A DNA stretch of 64,000 bases from a virus: IMG/VR virus record IMGVR_UViG_3300020312_000068, positions 1 to 64,000 of that record; one strand, written 5' to 3'. Shown here piece by piece: positions 37,001 through 51,848 of the stretch. A model generated the notes under the pieces. It worked only from the letters and a program-made list of their open reading frames with translations, searched no databases and had not been told where the DNA came from. The stretch's first letter is position 1; each line of letters starts with the position of its first letter. A program made the position numbers and the translations under genes.

Positions 37001-40000
37001 ACTACGGAATTTATGGTGGGGAATATGGATATCTTTATAACCCAAGAAGGTTACGTTTCCTTTTAGGAGATAACGTTAGTGATAATGCCACTAACTCAGA
37101 ATTAAACCCAACTAGACATTCTCCTATTCTTGGATGGGCATTTGACGGTCATCCAATATACGGTCCTTATGCTTATGTTGATAGAGAGAATAAGAATCCA
37201 TATAATCAGCTAACTCAGATGAGAAGCTCTTATAGGGTAAAATCTAGTAGAGATGCTTTGATTACTGGTCTAACTGACCAAATGGGTAAGTATATTGAAG
37301 ATTATGAGTATATCGAAGGATCAGGTGATCTTGATCAATATAATGGAAGATATTGCGTAACCCCAGAATACCCTGGTGGTGTATATGCTTATTTCTGTAC
37401 ACTAGATGGTTCTACAGGTAATCCTAAGTTCCCATACTTTGTTGGTCCTGAGTTCTATTCACAGGCAGATAGTATTAACTGGAAGGGTAATGGACTACAG
37501 AGGAACTTCACAGAAGATGCTTCAAGATATAAGCGTCCCTACATCTATACTGATACATCTATTGTTAGGAGAAAGGAATTAGGCGATCCTGTTGAATATG
37601 TTCTTGCTATGGAGGATGCTACAACTCCTTTAGTGCTAGAGAGTGATGATGGTGATGGAACAGATATTGAGTTTATTGGATTTGTTGATATTGGTATTGG
37701 TTACTATGACTACTTCCCAACTATTAAAGGTGGTGCTGTAGATTCATTATTTGTTTCTGCTACTAATAGGTATTTCTCATCTGGTTTAGATACTTATCTT
37801 ATCGAAGGTGCTGGATTTAACTATAAAGTCAATGATAGACTTATATTTGATGAAACAGGTACTGGTGGATCAGGTATATCTGCTAGAATCTCACGTATTA
37901 CTGGTGCTGCTGTTAATACCTTATCATATTCAGTGGATTCTACTACTGATGTCATAACTGGAACTATGGGAACAGCAGATGCCCATTATATCAAACCAGG
38001 TGAAGGTATAGACATCTCTATTGGTAATAACTTAATTACAAGAGATATCAAGACTAAGGTTATTACAACCAATAATGTTGATGTATATCACTTTAAGTAT
38101 TTTGATTTAACAAACTTCTACATCAGTTCTCCAGGTAGAATAGTACAAGCTAATTTAACCATTACTGGTGGTGAGAGTTATACTAATGGTACATATAATG
38201 GTGTCATCCTAACTGGTGGTAGTGGAACAAATGCTTCTGCCAATATTACAGTTAGTGGTAATGAAGTCACAGCAGTCTCTATACAGAATCAAGGTAAGAA
38301 TTATGTAGATGGAGATGAGTTAACATGTGCTGCCACTGCTATAGGTGGTACTGGTAAAAACTTTAAAGTTGATATAGGTAACGTACTTAAGACAGGTGGT
38401 ATATCACAAGGATACTGGACATTCTTTGCTGGTAGTGGTGGAGTACCTGGTACATACACTAAAGTACCTCTTAAGAACGCTTCTACGTCCTCTGGAGAGG
38501 GTGCTGAGTTCACTATAGTCGTTGCTGCTGGTGGTGGAGTAGAATCCGTAACAGTAACTAAGGAAGGTAGTGGATATTACCCTGGTGAGCAATTAGATCC
38601 TGTAGATTCTGATATTGGTGGATGTACTGGATTCTATCTAACACCTAATGCTGTTAATCAAGAATTTACTGGTAGAGGAAGTGCTTCTCACCAGTTGAGT
38701 GTTGGTGATGAGATTGTTGTCACAGGAACTAACCCATCTGACTATGATGGAACTCATATTGTATCTGGATATACGACTGAAAGAAGATTCCAGTTTAAGA
38801 AACCAGTAGGAATCATTACAGATACTGCTATAGCAACGACTACTGAAGTTTTCGTCAAAGAAGCGAAATTAGATCTTATTAATGGTCATCAATACAGGTT
38901 TGATACCACAGATGCTTCTAATGCTGGTAAGAGACTTGAATTTACCTTTGATAAAGAGAATACTAATGTATTCACATATAAGAATGTAACTGATGTTGAA
39001 AATGACCCTCAAACTGGTCAACAACAGTCTATCACTATATCTCTAGATGATGTTCCAGGAACATTATTCTATTTTGATATTAATGGTATTAATGGTGGAG
39101 CAGGTAGTTACCTCAGTGTAGTAAATGACCCATATTTGGGATCTAATACTATTGTAACTACTCCTAGTACTACATCAATGACATTTACCCTGGCAAGAGA
39201 ACCAGAAGGTAATTACAACACAACTAATACACTATCATACGCAACTAACTCAATATTCCCTGCTGGTGGTATTGCTGCTATTAACATTGGTGACCCAGGC
39301 AGAAACTACTCTACTATTCCTAAATTTACTGGGGTAGAACGTGCTGGTGCTGGTGCTACTGCTCAATGTACAATATCAGGTGTAGTTGAGGATATCGCTG
39401 TACTTGAAGCAGGAGTTGACTATAATGGAAGTAACCCACCTGTCATTGTTTGTTCAATGCCAGATTTCCTTGATCTAACTCTAGAACAGGTCTTTGGTAC
39501 CTTTACTGTTGGTGATATTGTTATATCTCAAACTACTCTTGGTACTGATACTGCTCGTGGTAGGGTTATCTCATGGGATGCTAATACCTCTACATTAAGA
39601 GTACAACCACTTCGCAACAATTTACAAGGTACAGCAAATCGTGGTTTCATTATGTTTACCACAGGTAATGCTAATACTAATAAGATTTTCTCTAGTTCAA
39701 ACCAAGCTGTAATTGCTGCTATAGGTGGTACCCAGGCGCAGGTTGCTGCTGTTGTTCCTTCAACTGGTCCTGAAACTGGACAGATACAGACTATTGCTGT
39801 TAACAACGGTGGAAGTAACTATAGGACTGCTCCAACTGTTTATATTGATGATCCTTGGTATGGTGGTGTACTTACTGTAAGTATTAACAGTCAGAATACA
39901 TCTGCTAACTTTACTCCTGGTACATACACTGGTGTAACACAAGAATCTGTTGCTCCTACTGGTGGAGATAACTCTGAATTTACTATTGTTATTGATAGCA

Positions 40001-43000
40001 ACCAAGATGTAGCATCAGCAACTGTAACTACTGGTGGTAATGCTTATGCTCTTGGTGATTTAATCACTATTAATGGTGAGAAGATCACTGGTGGTGGATC
40101 TGCTGATGACTTTGTACTTAAAGTAGAGTCATTGACATTTGTTAGAAAGGCAGTTACATCTACTACTATTAATGCTTCTATTGATGAGGTAATTGTAACT
40201 AACTCTGGTTCAGGTTATCTATCTGCTCCTGAAGTTGAGATATCTGGTGGTACTGGAATTAATGCTTCTCTGAGAGCAGAGATCATTGATGAGACTGTTA
40301 AGAAAGTTATTATAGAAAATGCTGGAACTAAATTCCAAAATCCACCTATCATAACCATTAAACAAAATTTAGGAACAGGTGCTTCTATCCTATTGAAGTC
40401 TACTGATTTGGGTAAGGTTATCAATTTGGGTGGTGATAATATTACTTACAACTACTCACATGATAGAACCCTCAAACCTGCCGTTAACACGACTTATAAC
40501 TTACAACTCACAAGAACTCAAATCGTTGACTTCTTCACTGTTACGGATGGAGGATTCTCCTTCGTTACTAAGCCAACCATCGAGCTCGTTGGTGGAGGTG
40601 GAAGCGGTGCAGTTCTGGATGCTGTTATTGATAACGAAGTTATTCAGGGTATTGAGGTAATCAATCCAGGTAAGGGATATTCATCTACTCCTGCTGTACA
40701 GGCAAAGATGACTCATTCCTTTGTACCTTTACAGTCTAATAGTACTCTTAACTTCCCATATAACACTAAGATTCCTACAGGAACAAAAGTTAAGTTAGTT
40801 GAGGTAGATGGTGGTTTACCAGCTCCTTTACTAGAGAATACTACTTATTATGCTGTTGCTCAAACTATTGCTAATGGTTTAGCAGATAACCAGATTAAGT
40901 TGGCATCTACCTTTAGTGATTCACAAGGTGTTAACCCAACTACTATTACAATCTCTGGTGTACCTACCATTGGACCAGGTGGAACATCCACATTTAATTT
41001 AACTACAACTGACCTAGGTGATAGTATAACTGTTACCATGAAACCAGCAACATTCTCTGTTGGTGAGAAACTATATCAAGGTACTTCTACCGATTCATTC
41101 TCTGCTGTAGGTACAGTCAAGAACTGGGATTCTAAAGGTAGGATTCTCTCTGTTGAAATTGAGCAAGGTGAGTTCTTAGCAGGACAACCTGTATTTGGTT
41201 TACAGACTAAAGCATTTGGTGAAATCCATGAATTTGATAGAGCATTAGCGAACTTTACAGTATCTCCTATTGCTACTGCTACTGCTGAGTTCAAGAGAAC
41301 CACTGGTATTCTTGATCTTAATGAACAGCGTTTATATGACTCTGATAGGTATCAGGAGTTCTCATATGTTGTTAATTCACCTGTTAATGTTAAAGAGTGG
41401 AAGAATCAGTTTAAGACATCTGCTCACCCAGCTGGATTTAAGGTATTAGGTACTCAAATAATTTCACAATCTACCTTTAAGAGGTATCGTAGGAAGTCTT
41501 ATCTGAACTTATCTAACCCAGACCTAGCAGGTTGGTGGGAACCAAGAGAGGGTGATGAGGATCAGTCATTCAATGGTACAACATACTTTACTCCGAAGCC
41601 ATCTGCTTCTAACTCTGGTAAGTTGTCTAGAATTGAGAACTTCTTCTTAGGTAAACCAGATTATACTGCTCTTGTTCCAACTAATGTTCAGATTAGTGGT
41701 AAGCAGCTATTGGATGTTAGAAAGATTCTAAGTGCTGTTGTAGATAAGTTTGATAAGATACAAGATAGAACAGTTACCTTCGATGGGTCTAGTTCTTCTA
41801 TAGTTTCGACAGCTAATAACCAGTTTACTATAACCAACCATGGTTTCATTACTGGTCAAAAGATTAATTATAGTGTACTCTCTGATAGGTATCAGGATGC
41901 TAGAAATCTAATAGTTGCTAATATTGATTATATTGTAGATACCACTTCTGATTGGTTAGAAGCACAATATCCTGCTTTAACAGATGGTACTAAACCAGAT
42001 TATGACAAGGCTAAGTGTTCTAGAGATATTAGGTTCTGTGTTGTTAACTGGACTAATGACTTACGTTATGGTGGTAACTCATTCTCATGGGATGTTGTAG
42101 ATCAGTATATTGGCGGTGTTGGTGTATTAGGTAATAAGTATGCTGATGCTAAGTTCCTTATCCTTAAGAATAAGCAATTAATTGCTGAGGAAGCACTAGG
42201 TATGATGAAGGTGGATTACCCTGCTTTCAGTGTACATAATGGTTCTGATCAAGATTGTTACGATGATATCATCGATGTATTAGAAGCAATCTGCTATAAC
42301 ATGACATATGGTGGTAACAGTGAAGTATATGATGGTGCCAAGTATTATGTTGATGGTAACCATGTTGATTCTGTAGAAACTGAAGTTAACGTCTGTTTCA
42401 ACCATGCTAGAGACCTTGCTATCAAGGTAATGCAGAACTATCCTCTGACACTAGCACATTCTACTCAGCAGCAGTTCTTTGACAGTACAATAACATTTGA
42501 TACTGATGGTTTTATTGATAATAAGGTTGCTGATGCTAGAACTTTAATCCTTGCTAATAAGAATCAGATTGCTGAGACTGCTGTAGACAGGATGGAGACA
42601 CAATATCCTTCTCATGCTGTTACTGGTGGTAGGATTGAGTGTGAATATGATATTAGAGACTTTATCGACGTAATGGTCGAGAACCTTGCTCGTGGTGGTA
42701 ATGATGGTGTCTGGGATGCTGCAAACTACTATGTAACAGGTGGATTTGTTATTGGCGAAGAAGCTGAATCAGCATATGCCTTTGAACAAGCAAAATTAAT
42801 CACACATCTTGTTTTACAGAATAAGACAGTATCTGATATGACAGGTCAGGTAATTGATAATAGTATTACTGTTGATCCTCCTGATGATAAGTGTACTGCT
42901 GTACAGGCAACTGTAACTACTTTATATGATATCGTTATTAATGCTATTACTACACCTCTGGATCATCAGAATGTAACTAGGACTGCTAAGACTGGTGGTA

Positions 43001-46000
43001 ATAGAGGAGCATGTTCTTTAGTTGAGTCTGCTCTTACTACTCAAATGGCAATCATTACTACTGCCATAGCAAATGACAATATGAATCATGTTGTTAGGAC
43101 TGAACCAGCAAATGCCATATATCATATTGCTGGAGAGGAGACTGAGACTATTGCTGCTATTCAGTATGCTAGAGATCTATGTAAACAGGCAGTACAGAAT
43201 CTACTTCCTAACGCAGATTCAACAATTACTGAAGATACTACACCTAAGTGTACTGATGTACAGGCTTCTATTGATACTCTTGCTGAGATTATATGGAAAG
43301 GTATTGATAATCCATCAAGTATACCTGAAAGAAACGTTGGAACATATCCTAATGTAAGAACTGGTGCTCCCGTTGCTGGTTATACCATACATGGTGCTAC
43401 TAATGCTGTTTATCTACCTGCTTCGGGTCTATTCACTGTAACTGTAGCAAATCATGGATTTGAATTAGGTGAGTACGTACAGTTTGAAGATGAAACCTTC
43501 ATACTTACATGTGCTTATGATAATCATGCTACAGAGCATAAGTATCCAAGATCAACTGACCCTGCTAGTGGTAAGTGGTTGGAAATTCTTCAGATTACTA
43601 AGAATACATTCACAGTTAACGTTGGTATAAGCACCGATACATCTGTTCATAAGTATGTTTCTGCTACAGGTGTCCACACCTTTGTAAGTGGTGTCACAAA
43701 TGCTATATCAGATGGTACTAGCCAGTATACGGCTGCCTCTGGTACTACCTATGATCCCGCAACTGGAGATATGGTCATCAATATTGGTGCTCATAGTCTT
43801 ACAACTGCTAATACCATTACCATTGCTAATAGTGGAATAGTATTCACTTGTGATAAGGACAATCATGCTACTAACCATGCTTATCCTCGTGCTACTGACC
43901 CTGTAAGTGGTAAGACTCTTAATATCAGTGCTGTTGCTGCGAATACAATTACTGTTAATGTAACTCCTGCTACTAAGGTTAGAAAACAGATTCAAGATTC
44001 TGACAATTACTATGTAATTAAGGTTGATGATAATAATATTAAACTTGCTCAGTCTAAAGCATATGCTTCTGCTGGATATCCAGTAGAGTTAACTGGTCTA
44101 TCCACTTCTAATCAGCATAAACTCAGACTTAGATTTGATGGTGAGACTACTGACTTCCAGACCAGATATAGGGATGCTGCGGTATCACCAATTAATAAGA
44201 ATATGCTTATGGTTTCTATTAATGGTATTATCCAGAACCCTGAGTCATATAGTTTGAGTGGTAGTACAATTACATTCAGTGAAGCTCCTAAAGAGGATTC
44301 TGAGTGTATCATAATGTACTATAAGAGAAATGATATTTCTACAAACTTCCAGTTAGATCAGTTTGGTGATGTTATTGCTACTCTTGATACAGCAGATGGT
44401 CTTTATCAAGGTTCAGGATATACTCCTGGTACATATAGCGGTGTATCTTTAATCAATAAGAGAGGTAACACTGGTACTGGAGCAACTGGTAATATTACAG
44501 TCACGAATGTTCTTGAGGGTGCTACTCACAACGTCAATAACCAGTATGCTGATGCTCGTGTATTGATCAATAATAATGCTGAGATAATTGCTGATATTGC
44601 TGTTGGTCTACTTAACAAGTATGGTACTCCTACTGATAATAGAGTAGCAGATGGGGCAAACCTAATTCTCATGAACAAGGATTTCATTGCTAAGGAAGCA
44701 GTGGAGAGAATGCATAATGATATACCTTACACTATACCTTCAAGTAGAGAGTTAGATGCTTACAACTTACTACAAGGAAATAGAGAGTTTCTAGCATGGG
44801 AAGCATATCATTTATTCAGTACTATTGATTATCCTGGATATACTCATGCTCAAGGATATACACCTCAAGATTGTGTAGATGATGTTCTTGATATCATAGA
44901 TGCTGTATCATTTAACTTAGTACATGGTGCTAATAACAAGGTATATGATGCTGCTTATTTCTACACTGGTGCTTATGAGAGTGGTAGTGTTATTGCTGGT
45001 GAGGAGCAACAAACTCTTGCTGTTATAGGTCAGTTAAGGAACTTGATGTATAAGGTTGTGACTAATGAGTTAGTTACAGTTGGTGGAAGTCATGGATATA
45101 CTCAGTATACAGAAGATACTACTTATATCTTTGATGGTTGTGTCACAGTTAAGAACACTATTAACACCTTATTGACTATCATCGAGACTGCTATTAATAC
45201 TGACTTAATGGTACATGTCACTAAGACAGAACCTACTCTATTTGTTGAACCAACAGGAGATAGTCAGGACTGTGTAGATGATGTCGTTGACTGCTTAGAA
45301 GCTATTGCTATTAACATGAAGTTTGGTGGTAATAGTGAGGTATATGATGCTGCTAAGTATTACGTTGATGGTGCTCACGTTGCTGGTGAAGAGATTCATA
45401 CCATCTATGCTTTCCGTGAAGCAAATAAGATAGCACAAGAAGTCATTAAGCAAAATGCTGTTACTGTACAAGGTACACATGGTCTTACTCAGAAATATGA
45501 TGGTGGTTTAACAAGACTATCTGGTAATCCTTGTGCTACTGTATGTTCTACAGTTGATACTCTTTGGAATATCATTGAAGTAGCAGTTAATACTAATTCT
45601 ATGAGTACGTTCACTAGAACTGCTCCTACTGGATTTACTGTTCCTGGTCTTGGTCCTAGCCAATGTAAGGCAGATACTGTTGATGTTCTACAAGCAGTTG
45701 GTGTCAATATAGCATTCGGTGGAAACCACATATTATACGATACTATCAATATGTACTTCGTTGGAAACCATGTTTCTGGTGAAGAGACAGAGACTAAGTA
45801 CGTATTTGAAGAAGCACGTCAAATGGTGCTTAAAGCAATTAATAATGAATCTTTCGATACATATGACCATCTAAATCTTACCGATAAGCAACAGTTTAAG
45901 GATACTTCTATTACAGCGTATTCTACAACTCAGACTGCTTCATTCACTCCTACAGCAGCAACTTATACACAAGCTAATGGTCTACTAGAATTAACCATTG

Positions 46001-49000
46001 GATCACACACTTTAACGGTTGGTAGTCGCATACAGATTGCTGATGGTTCATTGAAGTTTAAGTGTGCTATGGATGATAGCATAACTCATCATGCTTATCC
46101 TAGATCTACTGATTTCGCATTCGGTAAATCTATTCCTATTACAGCAGTAACAGGTACAACAATTACTGTTAACGTAGGAAGTACACCTCAGGTTCTTTTC
46201 AACGTCACTGACGGGTCATATGACCCCACTACAGGTCATTTAGACCTACAGATAGTAAATACCAGTTTCACTCCAACTGCGGGTAGTTACGTTCCTTCTA
46301 CAGGACTAATGACCCTTAATATTGGTTCTCATAGTTTGATAAAAGGTGAGCATGTATTACTCGCTCCTGGTTCACAGATATTTACCTGTGATATGGATGA
46401 GGATTCTACTGATCATGCCTATCCTAGACTTACAGATCCAGTTTATAACAAACCAATTAAGATTGAGGATGTATCTGGTAATAACATAGTATTGGATGTA
46501 GGTAAATCACCTCAGGTTACTCATGATGTAACTAATGCCCAGTATACTCCTAATACTGGTATCATGAACTTGACTATTGGTAACCATTTACTCAAAGTAG
46601 GTCAAACTGTAAAACTTAGTGGATTAACATTCCAGTGTAATCAGGATCAGTATAGTGGTGATCATGTATATCCTAGATCTACTATTGAAACACATACAGC
46701 TACCAATGCTTCCTTTAATACACAAACAGGTATTGTTACTATAACCGTCAATTTCCATGGAATGAGAGATGGTGATTGGGTTAAGTTAGATGATGGTGCT
46801 CTCACATTTACATGTACACAAGGTGGTGGTACACATGCTTATCCTCGTCCTTCAGATCCTATATCTGGCAAGTGGGTACAAGTATCTAATACAACCGCAA
46901 CTACATTTGATATTCAGTGCTTAGAGAACGTTCCATGTACTAATGCTACTGTTCATTCATTCCACACAGCAGCTACTGATGGAATTAAACAGAAGAAGGA
47001 TAGGGCATATAACAATGCTGTAGAAATTCTAGCAGTTACTGATACAACTATAAACGTTAATGTCGGTATCTCTTCTAACACCACAACTCATAGATGGAAG
47101 CCTGGATTTACTGCTACTGCTGGTGTTATTAGTGGTGGTGATCATACTCATACTTGGAAGTCTTCTAAGGCAAATTCAGTCATATTACCTCATGGATTTA
47201 GACCTCAGAGAATACTAACTGTAGAGACTGCTGCTTATAATCCTACTACAGGTATTATGACATTGACTGTACCTGATCATAATCTAACTTCTACTGATGA
47301 GATTAAGATTAAGGATGATTCATTATCATTTACATGTACTCATGGTGCTGGTACTAAGACATATCCTAGGGCATCTGATCCAGTAAGTCAGAAGTGGATT
47401 ACTGTAGGAAATATCACTAGAGATACATTTACAGTACAGGTTTTAGATTCTACACCTTCTACTAACGTAACTGCTCATACATTCGTATCTGCTCTTGCTG
47501 ATGGTATCACTGTTAAAGGACAGACTATCAAACTTGCTGATGGTTCTATCACAATGACTTGTGATATGGATGATCACTTTACTGACCATGCTTATCCAAG
47601 AACAGGAACTATAACACATACAGTTACTGATGCTAGTTACAATCCAACAACAGGTATATTAACATCTACTATTAATGATCATGGAATGGTTTCTGGAGAC
47701 TTCGTTAAGTTCGCAGATGATTCATTAACCTTTACTTGTACTGAAGGTGCTGGTAATCATACGTATCCAAGATCAACAGACCCTGTAAGTGGTGCTTGGT
47801 TAGAGATAAGTAACGTCACTTCTAATACATTTGATGTACAGGTTCTTGATGCTCTACCTTCAACTAATACTACAGTCCATACATTCGTAAGTGCCACTTC
47901 AGGTGGTGTCACACAAAAGATTGACAGAGCATATGATACAGCACTTCAGATTGTTGAAGCAACTCCTGATCGTATTACTCTTGATGTAGGTAAGACCCCA
48001 ACGGTTACTCATACTCCAACAGCTGCTACTTACAATGCTGCTGCTGGTACTATGGAAGTCACCATTGGTGCTCATAAGTTAAGAACTGGTACTACAGTTA
48101 AGATGCTAGAAGGTGCTGTTACCTTCACATGTGATGAGGATGCTGATGCTTCTAACCATGCTTATCCTAGATCTATCGTTGATGGACACCAGGCAAGTGC
48201 TGTTGCTTATAACCCAACAACAGGTGTAATGAGTGTAACCAGCAATGGACATGGATTACGCAATGGTGATTGGATCAAGTTAGCTAAGGATAGCTTCAAG
48301 TTTACATGTACTCATGGTGATTCTGGTAATCACACATACCCTAGAGTAACTGATCCATTCTATGATAAGTGGATTCAGGTAAGTAATGCTTCTAATAACG
48401 CATTTGATGTACAAGTTCTAGCAACTCAACCATCTACGAATACTACAACTCATACTTGGGTATCTCCTACAGGAATGACACCTACTGATGCTTCTTATAG
48501 TGGCACAACAGGTATTATGACCTTGACTGTTTCTGGTCATGGTATGGAAAATGGTGATATGGTTAAACTTGACGATGGTGCTATAACATTCAAGTGTGAC
48601 TATGGATCAGGTGTTCATACATGGCAAGGTGGTGTTGCTAACAACGCTGTAAGTGATAACTTAGGGCAACAATATAACGTAAGTAATGCTGATTACAATC
48701 CAACTCTCGGTACATTAGTATTGACTATTGGTAGTCACTCACTGACAACTTCCAATACTGTACAGATCGTTTCTGGATCATTAACATTCAGTTGTGACGC
48801 AGACTCTCATGCTACTAACCACACATATCCAAGAGCAACAGACCCTGCTAATGGTGCTACACTCGCTATTACTGATGTAGATGTAACAACAATTACAGTT
48901 AATGTTGGATTAGCAGAGGGATCTGGTACTGCTTATCCTAGAGGAACTAGAGCAGAATATACTGCTGCTGGTGGATCTACATACGATCCTGCTACAGGTT

Positions 49001-51825
49001 TAATGGTTGTTACAACAACTGTCAACCATGCTATTAATGTTGGTGATGAGGTTTTATTTGACGACGGTGCTATAACATTCAGTTGTAACTTTGGTGGTGC
49101 TTCAGGTGCTGCTGCTCAGAAGTCATACCCACGTAATACTGACTATGCTAGTGGTAAGTGGTTAAAGGTTCATGCTAAGACTGCTAATACATTTACTGTA
49201 CAGGTATTAGATACAATACCTTCTACTAACACTGATGCTCATACATTTGTATCTGGTGTTACTAATGCTATCAATGTAAGAGACCCTCTAAGTGGTAGAT
49301 TCGTTGAGATCTTTAATGTAACACAACATACTTTCGATATTCAAGTCTTAGATACTATTCCTTCTAGCATATCTTCTAATCATACATTTGCTTCTGCTGT
49401 ATCTAACTCTATTCAGAGAGCAGAAATTAGAGCGAAGCGTGACAGATCATTCGATCATGCTGTTAATATTTCAGCGGTGTCTGCTACTACTATTACATTA
49501 GATGTTGGTATATCTTCTCATGTATCTCCACATCAGTTTGTATCTGCTCTAGCTGATAGTATCATTACTGGTGGAAACCATGCTCATAAGTTTAAGAGTG
49601 CTTCAGCAGGTGCTGTAATAACAGGTGGATCATATAACCACACATTCTTAAGTGCTGATTCTGGTGCTGTCTTGAATGGACAGTGGGGATGTACTCATGT
49701 ACAGGCTTCTGTAGATACTTTGATGGATCTAGCATATACCGCTATACATCAGGGTAACTTCAGTGGAATTACAAGAACGGTAGGTCAGTGTGGTGACGGT
49801 TATGAAACTGCACCAACTATATCTGTAAGTGGTGGTACACCTACTACTGCTGGTACTCTTGTTCCAATATTATCTGACGAAGGATATATCAAGAAGATTG
49901 ATCTTATCGCAACAGGAGCTGGATACAACAATGTACCTACTGTAAAGATTACATCTAATACTGGTTCAGGTGCTACTGCCACTGCTGCTGTTGCTGCTGG
50001 TGCTCTTACTGGTATTACCGTAACTGAGGCTGGATTTGGATATGATGATGTAACAGTTGAAATCATTAAGAACGCTGCTGATACTATTACAACTACAGCT
50101 ACTGCTTTTGCTACTGTTGGAAGATACTTAGAAAGGATTGATGTACAAACTACAGGTAAAGGATATAATTCTGCCCCTGCTGTATCAATTAGTGGTGGTA
50201 CACCTGCTACTGCTGCTAGTGGTGGTCTTAGCAGACTAACTGGAGCAGTAACAGATGTTGCTCTCGTTTCTGGTGGAGATGGATATCAAGATACTGATGT
50301 ATTAGGTGCTAATGCTGCTGATATTGGTGGTACAGTCACAAATTCCTTCCAGGTTGAAGTTGACACAGTAACCTTTAATGGAGTTACTACACAGTTTGCT
50401 GCTACTGTTGGTGGTACTGGATATAACCTACCTGCTAATGATAGATTCTTATTATTCTTGAACTCTACTATACAGAAGGTTTCTACTTCTTACACATATA
50501 CAGGCACACCATCTACTATTACCTTCTTGGAAGCTCCTAAGGGTAATATGGACTTCTACTGCTTCTATGTTGGACAGTTACAGGATATGGATGATCTTTC
50601 ACCATACTTTAATGGAACTAGAAAGACATTTATCCTTAAGAAGAATGATCAACCATTCTCACTTGAATCTGATTCAACAGAAGTTGTAACAGCAAATAAT
50701 ATTGTTATGTTCTTGAATGGAATATATCAGGAACCTGAAGTTGCCTTTACTCTTAATGGTTCTATCCTTGAGTTTAGTGAGGCACCTAGATCAGGTACTG
50801 ACGTATCAATTCTAATCTATACTGGATCTAATCTTGATATAGTAACTGAAGATACTTACAACTGTATTGACCCTGGTGATTTACTACAGATTGAGTCCGA
50901 GGGAGACATACGTACACTTGCTACTGTTGCTAGTTCCTCCTCATTAGATACATATGAGTATACAGGACTACGACCAACTGTTGCTGAGTTTACTGCTGTA
51001 ATTTCTGGTGGTAAGGTCGTTGACGTGATTATCACTAATCCAGGTTCTAATTATGAAGTTGCTCCATACCTACTATTCAATGGTGGTGGTGGAACTGGTG
51101 CTTTCGCACAGACTGAAATATCTGTAGGTAGTGGTCAAGTTATAGCGGTAACCAATCTAGAGGGTGGATCCGATTATAATACTGTTCCTTCTGCTACAGC
51201 ATATCATCCTATAGCACTTGAAAGAACACAGAGGGATAGGGCAATATCTAATGTCAACTTCTTGTATACAACTCATTTGGATGCTTCTTTAACAGCAACT
51301 GATACTACAGTTAATGTTCTTAATGCTTATTATAATGCTGGAATTGGATTCCCATCCCAGGGTGAGATATTAATTCCATATTGGAATGCTGTTGAATCTG
51401 TATGGGGTGCTGAAAGAATCCTATATGGTTCTGTTGATTACTCAACTAACCAGTTTACAGTTACTACCAATGGTAGAGGACATCAAGATACGGGTCCATC
51501 GTTAGGTGTTGGACACGTTATCAATGTTGAAACTGGAACTTATTCCTCTGTGATTAAGAGTGGTGATGCTTGGACTAATGGTATCCAGACTTCCTATAAA
51601 ATGAGTGAGGTTACTGCTACTATGGCTGCTAACCACAATCGTGAAACTGGTGAGGAAGTATACATTCAATTCTTATCTGGTACTGTTTCTGGTACAGATT
51701 TAGATGGAACTTATAAGATAAAGAAAACGGGAGCAACGACCTTCACGGTTGAGATCCCAGTAGCACTAGCTGTTAGTGGACAGAATCTACAGATTCTTCC
51801 AACAGTTCGTGTCTACACCGTATAA
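34078..51825 (+). CDS. gp7: Giant gp7-like baseplate wedge initiator (5915 aa) with YHYH-like domain and repeat arrays
   Basis: Between gp6 and gp8; [54 protein letters not shown]. Confidence 0.88.
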   Translation: MPVEQSSWKVASWVTPSTQVTGDLIDSTVSPESRSRISDRIEEQIPQFIREDYGDFVTFLKYYYKGLELKGNPVDIVQNIDEYYNIDKLNELVEKTTSSSGITSTTTTIDVANTRDFPSEGLVMIDDEIIYYSSKSQTQLKGCTRGFHATTKVGTLKEFTFTSSIAASHDFGADVINLNNLLPLFLLQRFRDQFSASFPSKFAEGIQQSSVTKRLKDFYAAKGTSRSFKYLIRVLFGVESTIQYPKERIFKPSDAFYTVREVIRATAISGNPVELTGEVLYQANDPNDPNVNDARIYVKSVVEVFTEDGKIYELDVDTENGAGTFTTPYKSILTEDVSSNLDEDVISVDSTIGWPEKNSSFRVNNEIIEYTDKTVTQFLGCTRARQNTTNAPHIAGSEVSSSFEIYGYSNRDQTKISLKVYGGTRGVELVSGGRYYLQDSKVTTPAAPGFDSLDPLWDSFVYNVKKLVNATGAVLDAPNNDGSVVVTISTDQDHFFKRDDIVTILNAPEDVYNSQFRVLGVGSNQSFQILLPSTPIAGVNQTFLCAREFAKSTSSDTSIRTKVENTPSDVQNVYRSSENAIIASPGIPGHEIGPFGAGDLDPGNQRYLKRIPLTTITKSIKTATPVGQVGIGVNGVPFFSYKSENTKLYGGVKSITVINPGDGYDITNPPIVEFEPIWRAGTNFNLNQRIRNSLGYRYKNIGSGKSAELGSEPTHTNANLVQDGSCIWQYEGISAEATVSVSGRVYAINVTNGGSGYTSVPTVSITGGGGTTQASATATVTNGVVNAISVTAEGTGYTSAPTVTITGGGGIDATATAVVRGGLTAEGITITNPGSNYDTRPFVTLISGSGAVAYPSIVNGRIVSIILTFGGSNYYGPPDVVITGDGVGAVAFATIDGSTQTVTSVTVTNGGIGYTAGKTFVNIVYPGSGATFQVELPILTENTAATPEELGVTTNELVAPKTADLNNGVSIKGANYGIYGGEYGYLYNPRRLRFLLGDNVSDNATNSELNPTRHSPILGWAFDGHPIYGPYAYVDRENKNPYNQLTQMRSSYRVKSSRDALITGLTDQMGKYIEDYEYIEGSGDLDQYNGRYCVTPEYPGGVYAYFCTLDGSTGNPKFPYFVGPEFYSQADSINWKGNGLQRNFTEDASRYKRPYIYTDTSIVRRKELGDPVEYVLAMEDATTPLVLESDDGDGTDIEFIGFVDIGIGYYDYFPTIKGGAVDSLFVSATNRYFSSGLDTYLIEGAGFNYKVNDRLIFDETGTGGSGISARISRITGAAVNTLSYSVDSTTDVITGTMGTADAHYIKPGEGIDISIGNNLITRDIKTKVITTNNVDVYHFKYFDLTNFYISSPGRIVQANLTITGGESYTNGTYNGVILTGGSGTNASANITVSGNEVTAVSIQNQGKNYVDGDELTCAATAIGGTGKNFKVDIGNVLKTGGISQGYWTFFAGSGGVPGTYTKVPLKNASTSSGEGAEFTIVVAAGGGVESVTVTKEGSGYYPGEQLDPVDSDIGGCTGFYLTPNAVNQEFTGRGSASHQLSVGDEIVVTGTNPSDYDGTHIVSGYTTERRFQFKKPVGIITDTAIATTTEVFVKEAKLDLINGHQYRFDTTDASNAGKRLEFTFDKENTNVFTYKNVTDVENDPQTGQQQSITISLDDVPGTLFYFDINGINGGAGSYLSVVNDPYLGSNTIVTTPSTTSMTFTLAREPEGNYNTTNTLSYATNSIFPAGGIAAINIGDPGRNYSTIPKFTGVERAGAGATAQCTISGVVEDIAVLEAGVDYNGSNPPVIVCSMPDFLDLTLEQVFGTFTVGDIVISQTTLGTDTARGRVISWDANTSTLRVQPLRNNLQGTANRGFIMFTTGNANTNKIFSSSNQAVIAAIGGTQAQVAAVVPSTGPETGQIQTIAVNNGGSNYRTAPTVYIDDPWYGGVLTVSINSQNTSANFTPGTYTGVTQESVAPTGGDNSEFTIVIDSNQDVASATVTTGGNAYALGDLITINGEKITGGGSADDFVLKVESLTFVRKAVTSTTINASIDEVIVTNSGSGYLSAPEVEISGGTGINASLRAEIIDETVKKVIIENAGTKFQNPPIITIKQNLGTGASILLKSTDLGKVINLGGDNITYNYSHDRTLKPAVNTTYNLQLTRTQIVDFFTVTDGGFSFVTKPTIELVGGGGSGAVLDAVIDNEVIQGIEVINPGKGYSSTPAVQAKMTHSFVPLQSNSTLNFPYNTKIPTGTKVKLVEVDGGLPAPLLENTTYYAVAQTIANGLADNQIKLASTFSDSQGVNPTTITISGVPTIGPGGTSTFNLTTTDLGDSITVTMKPATFSVGEKLYQGTSTDSFSAVGTVKNWDSKGRILSVEIEQGEFLAGQPVFGLQTKAFGEIHEFDRALANFTVSPIATATAEFKRTTGILDLNEQRLYDSDRYQEFSYVVNSPVNVKEWKNQFKTSAHPAGFKVLGTQIISQSTFKRYRRKSYLNLSNPDLAGWWEPREGDEDQSFNGTTYFTPKPSASNSGKLSRIENFFLGKPDYTALVPTNVQISGKQLLDVRKILSAVVDKFDKIQDRTVTFDGSSSSIVSTANNQFTITNHGFITGQKINYSVLSDRYQDARNLIVANIDYIVDTTSDWLEAQYPALTDGTKPDYDKAKCSRDIRFCVVNWTNDLRYGGNSFSWDVVDQYIGGVGVLGNKYADAKFLILKNKQLIAEEALGMMKVDYPAFSVHNGSDQDCYDDIIDVLEAICYNMTYGGNSEVYDGAKYYVDGNHVDSVETEVNVCFNHARDLAIKVMQNYPLTLAHSTQQQFFDSTITFDTDGFIDNKVADARTLILANKNQIAETAVDRMETQYPSHAVTGGRIECEYDIRDFIDVMVENLARGGNDGVWDAANYYVTGGFVIGEEAESAYAFEQAKLITHLVLQNKTVSDMTGQVIDNSITVDPPDDKCTAVQATVTTLYDIVINAITTPLDHQNVTRTAKTGGNRGACSLVESALTTQMAIITTAIANDNMNHVVRTEPANAIYHIAGEETETIAAIQYARDLCKQAVQNLLPNADSTITEDTTPKCTDVQASIDTLAEIIWKGIDNPSSIPERNVGTYPNVRTGAPVAGYTIHGATNAVYLPASGLFTVTVANHGFELGEYVQFEDETFILTCAYDNHATEHKYPRSTDPASGKWLEILQITKNTFTVNVGISTDTSVHKYVSATGVHTFVSGVTNAISDGTSQYTAASGTTYDPATGDMVINIGAHSLTTANTITIANSGIVFTCDKDNHATNHAYPRATDPVSGKTLNISAVAANTITVNVTPATKVRKQIQDSDNYYVIKVDDNNIKLAQSKAYASAGYPVELTGLSTSNQHKLRLRFDGETTDFQTRYRDAAVSPINKNMLMVSINGIIQNPESYSLSGSTITFSEAPKEDSECIIMYYKRNDISTNFQLDQFGDVIATLDTADGLYQGSGYTPGTYSGVSLINKRGNTGTGATGNITVTNVLEGATHNVNNQYADARVLINNNAEIIADIAVGLLNKYGTPTDNRVADGANLILMNKDFIAKEAVERMHNDIPYTIPSSRELDAYNLLQGNREFLAWEAYHLFSTIDYPGYTHAQGYTPQDCVDDVLDIIDAVSFNLVHGANNKVYDAAYFYTGAYESGSVIAGEEQQTLAVIGQLRNLMYKVVTNELVTVGGSHGYTQYTEDTTYIFDGCVTVKNTINTLLTIIETAINTDLMVHVTKTEPTLFVEPTGDSQDCVDDVVDCLEAIAINMKFGGNSEVYDAAKYYVDGAHVAGEEIHTIYAFREANKIAQEVIKQNAVTVQGTHGLTQKYDGGLTRLSGNPCATVCSTVDTLWNIIEVAVNTNSMSTFTRTAPTGFTVPGLGPSQCKADTVDVLQAVGVNIAFGGNHILYDTINMYFVGNHVSGEETETKYVFEEARQMVLKAINNESFDTYDHLNLTDKQQFKDTSITAYSTTQTASFTPTAATYTQANGLLELTIGSHTLTVGSRIQIADGSLKFKCAMDDSITHHAYPRSTDFAFGKSIPITAVTGTTITVNVGSTPQVLFNVTDGSYDPTTGHLDLQIVNTSFTPTAGSYVPSTGLMTLNIGSHSLIKGEHVLLAPGSQIFTCDMDEDSTDHAYPRLTDPVYNKPIKIEDVSGNNIVLDVGKSPQVTHDVTNAQYTPNTGIMNLTIGNHLLKVGQTVKLSGLTFQCNQDQYSGDHVYPRSTIETHTATNASFNTQTGIVTITVNFHGMRDGDWVKLDDGALTFTCTQGGGTHAYPRPSDPISGKWVQVSNTTATTFDIQCLENVPCTNATVHSFHTAATDGIKQKKDRAYNNAVEILAVTDTTINVNVGISSNTTTHRWKPGFTATAGVISGGDHTHTWKSSKANSVILPHGFRPQRILTVETAAYNPTTGIMTLTVPDHNLTSTDEIKIKDDSLSFTCTHGAGTKTYPRASDPVSQKWITVGNITRDTFTVQVLDSTPSTNVTAHTFVSALADGITVKGQTIKLADGSITMTCDMDDHFTDHAYPRTGTITHTVTDASYNPTTGILTSTINDHGMVSGDFVKFADDSLTFTCTEGAGNHTYPRSTDPVSGAWLEISNVTSNTFDVQVLDALPSTNTTVHTFVSATSGGVTQKIDRAYDTALQIVEATPDRITLDVGKTPTVTHTPTAATYNAAAGTMEVTIGAHKLRTGTTVKMLEGAVTFTCDEDADASNHAYPRSIVDGHQASAVAYNPTTGVMSVTSNGHGLRNGDWIKLAKDSFKFTCTHGDSGNHTYPRVTDPFYDKWIQVSNASNNAFDVQVLATQPSTNTTTHTWVSPTGMTPTDASYSGTTGIMTLTVSGHGMENGDMVKLDDGAITFKCDYGSGVHTWQGGVANNAVSDNLGQQYNVSNADYNPTLGTLVLTIGSHSLTTSNTVQIVSGSLTFSCDADSHATNHTYPRATDPANGATLAITDVDVTTITVNVGLAEGSGTAYPRGTRAEYTAAGGSTYDPATGLMVVTTTVNHAINVGDEVLFDDGAITFSCNFGGASGAAAQKSYPRNTDYASGKWLKVHAKTANTFTVQVLDTIPSTNTDAHTFVSGVTNAINVRDPLSGRFVEIFNVTQHTFDIQVLDTIPSSISSNHTFASAVSNSIQRAEIRAKRDRSFDHAVNISAVSATTITLDVGISSHVSPHQFVSALADSIITGGNHAHKFKSASAGAVITGGSYNHTFLSADSGAVLNGQWGCTHVQASVDTLMDLAYTAIHQGNFSGITRTVGQCGDGYETAPTISVSGGTPTTAGTLVPILSDEGYIKKIDLIATGAGYNNVPTVKITSNTGSGATATAAVAAGALTGITVTEAGFGYDDVTVEIIKNAADTITTTATAFATVGRYLERIDVQTTGKGYNSAPAVSISGGTPATAASGGLSRLTGAVTDVALVSGGDGYQDTDVLGANAADIGGTVTNSFQVEVDTVTFNGVTTQFAATVGGTGYNLPANDRFLLFLNSTIQKVSTSYTYTGTPSTITFLEAPKGNMDFYCFYVGQLQDMDDLSPYFNGTRKTFILKKNDQPFSLESDSTEVVTANNIVMFLNGIYQEPEVAFTLNGSILEFSEAPRSGTDVSILIYTGSNLDIVTEDTYNCIDPGDLLQIESEGDIRTLATVASSSSLDTYEYTGLRPTVAEFTAVISGGKVVDVIITNPGSNYEVAPYLLFNGGGGTGAFAQTEISVGSGQVIAVTNLEGGSDYNTVPSATAYHPIALERTQRDRAISNVNFLYTTHLDASLTATDTTVNVLNAYYNAGIGFPSQGEILIPYWNAVESVWGAERILYGSVDYSTNQFTVTTNGRGHQDTGPSLGVGHVINVETGTYSSVIKSGDAWTNGIQTSYKMSEVTATMAANHNRETGEEVYIQFLSGTVSGTDLDGTYKIKKTGATTFTVEIPVALAVSGQNLQILPTVRVYTV

Positions 51826-51828
51826 ATA
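51821..51828 (+). promoter_or_regulatory. T4-type late promoter TATAAATA
   Basis: Exact consensus 20 nt upstream of gp8. Confidence 0.85.
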
Positions 51829-51848
51829 ACCTATAAAGCCCTTGTCTG

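Noticed and set aside
34078-51825. Intein, intron or misassembly as the cause of the giant gp7
   Set aside because: No intein or homing-endonuclease motifs noticed; repeats are highly diverged at DNA level and the frame is uninterrupted
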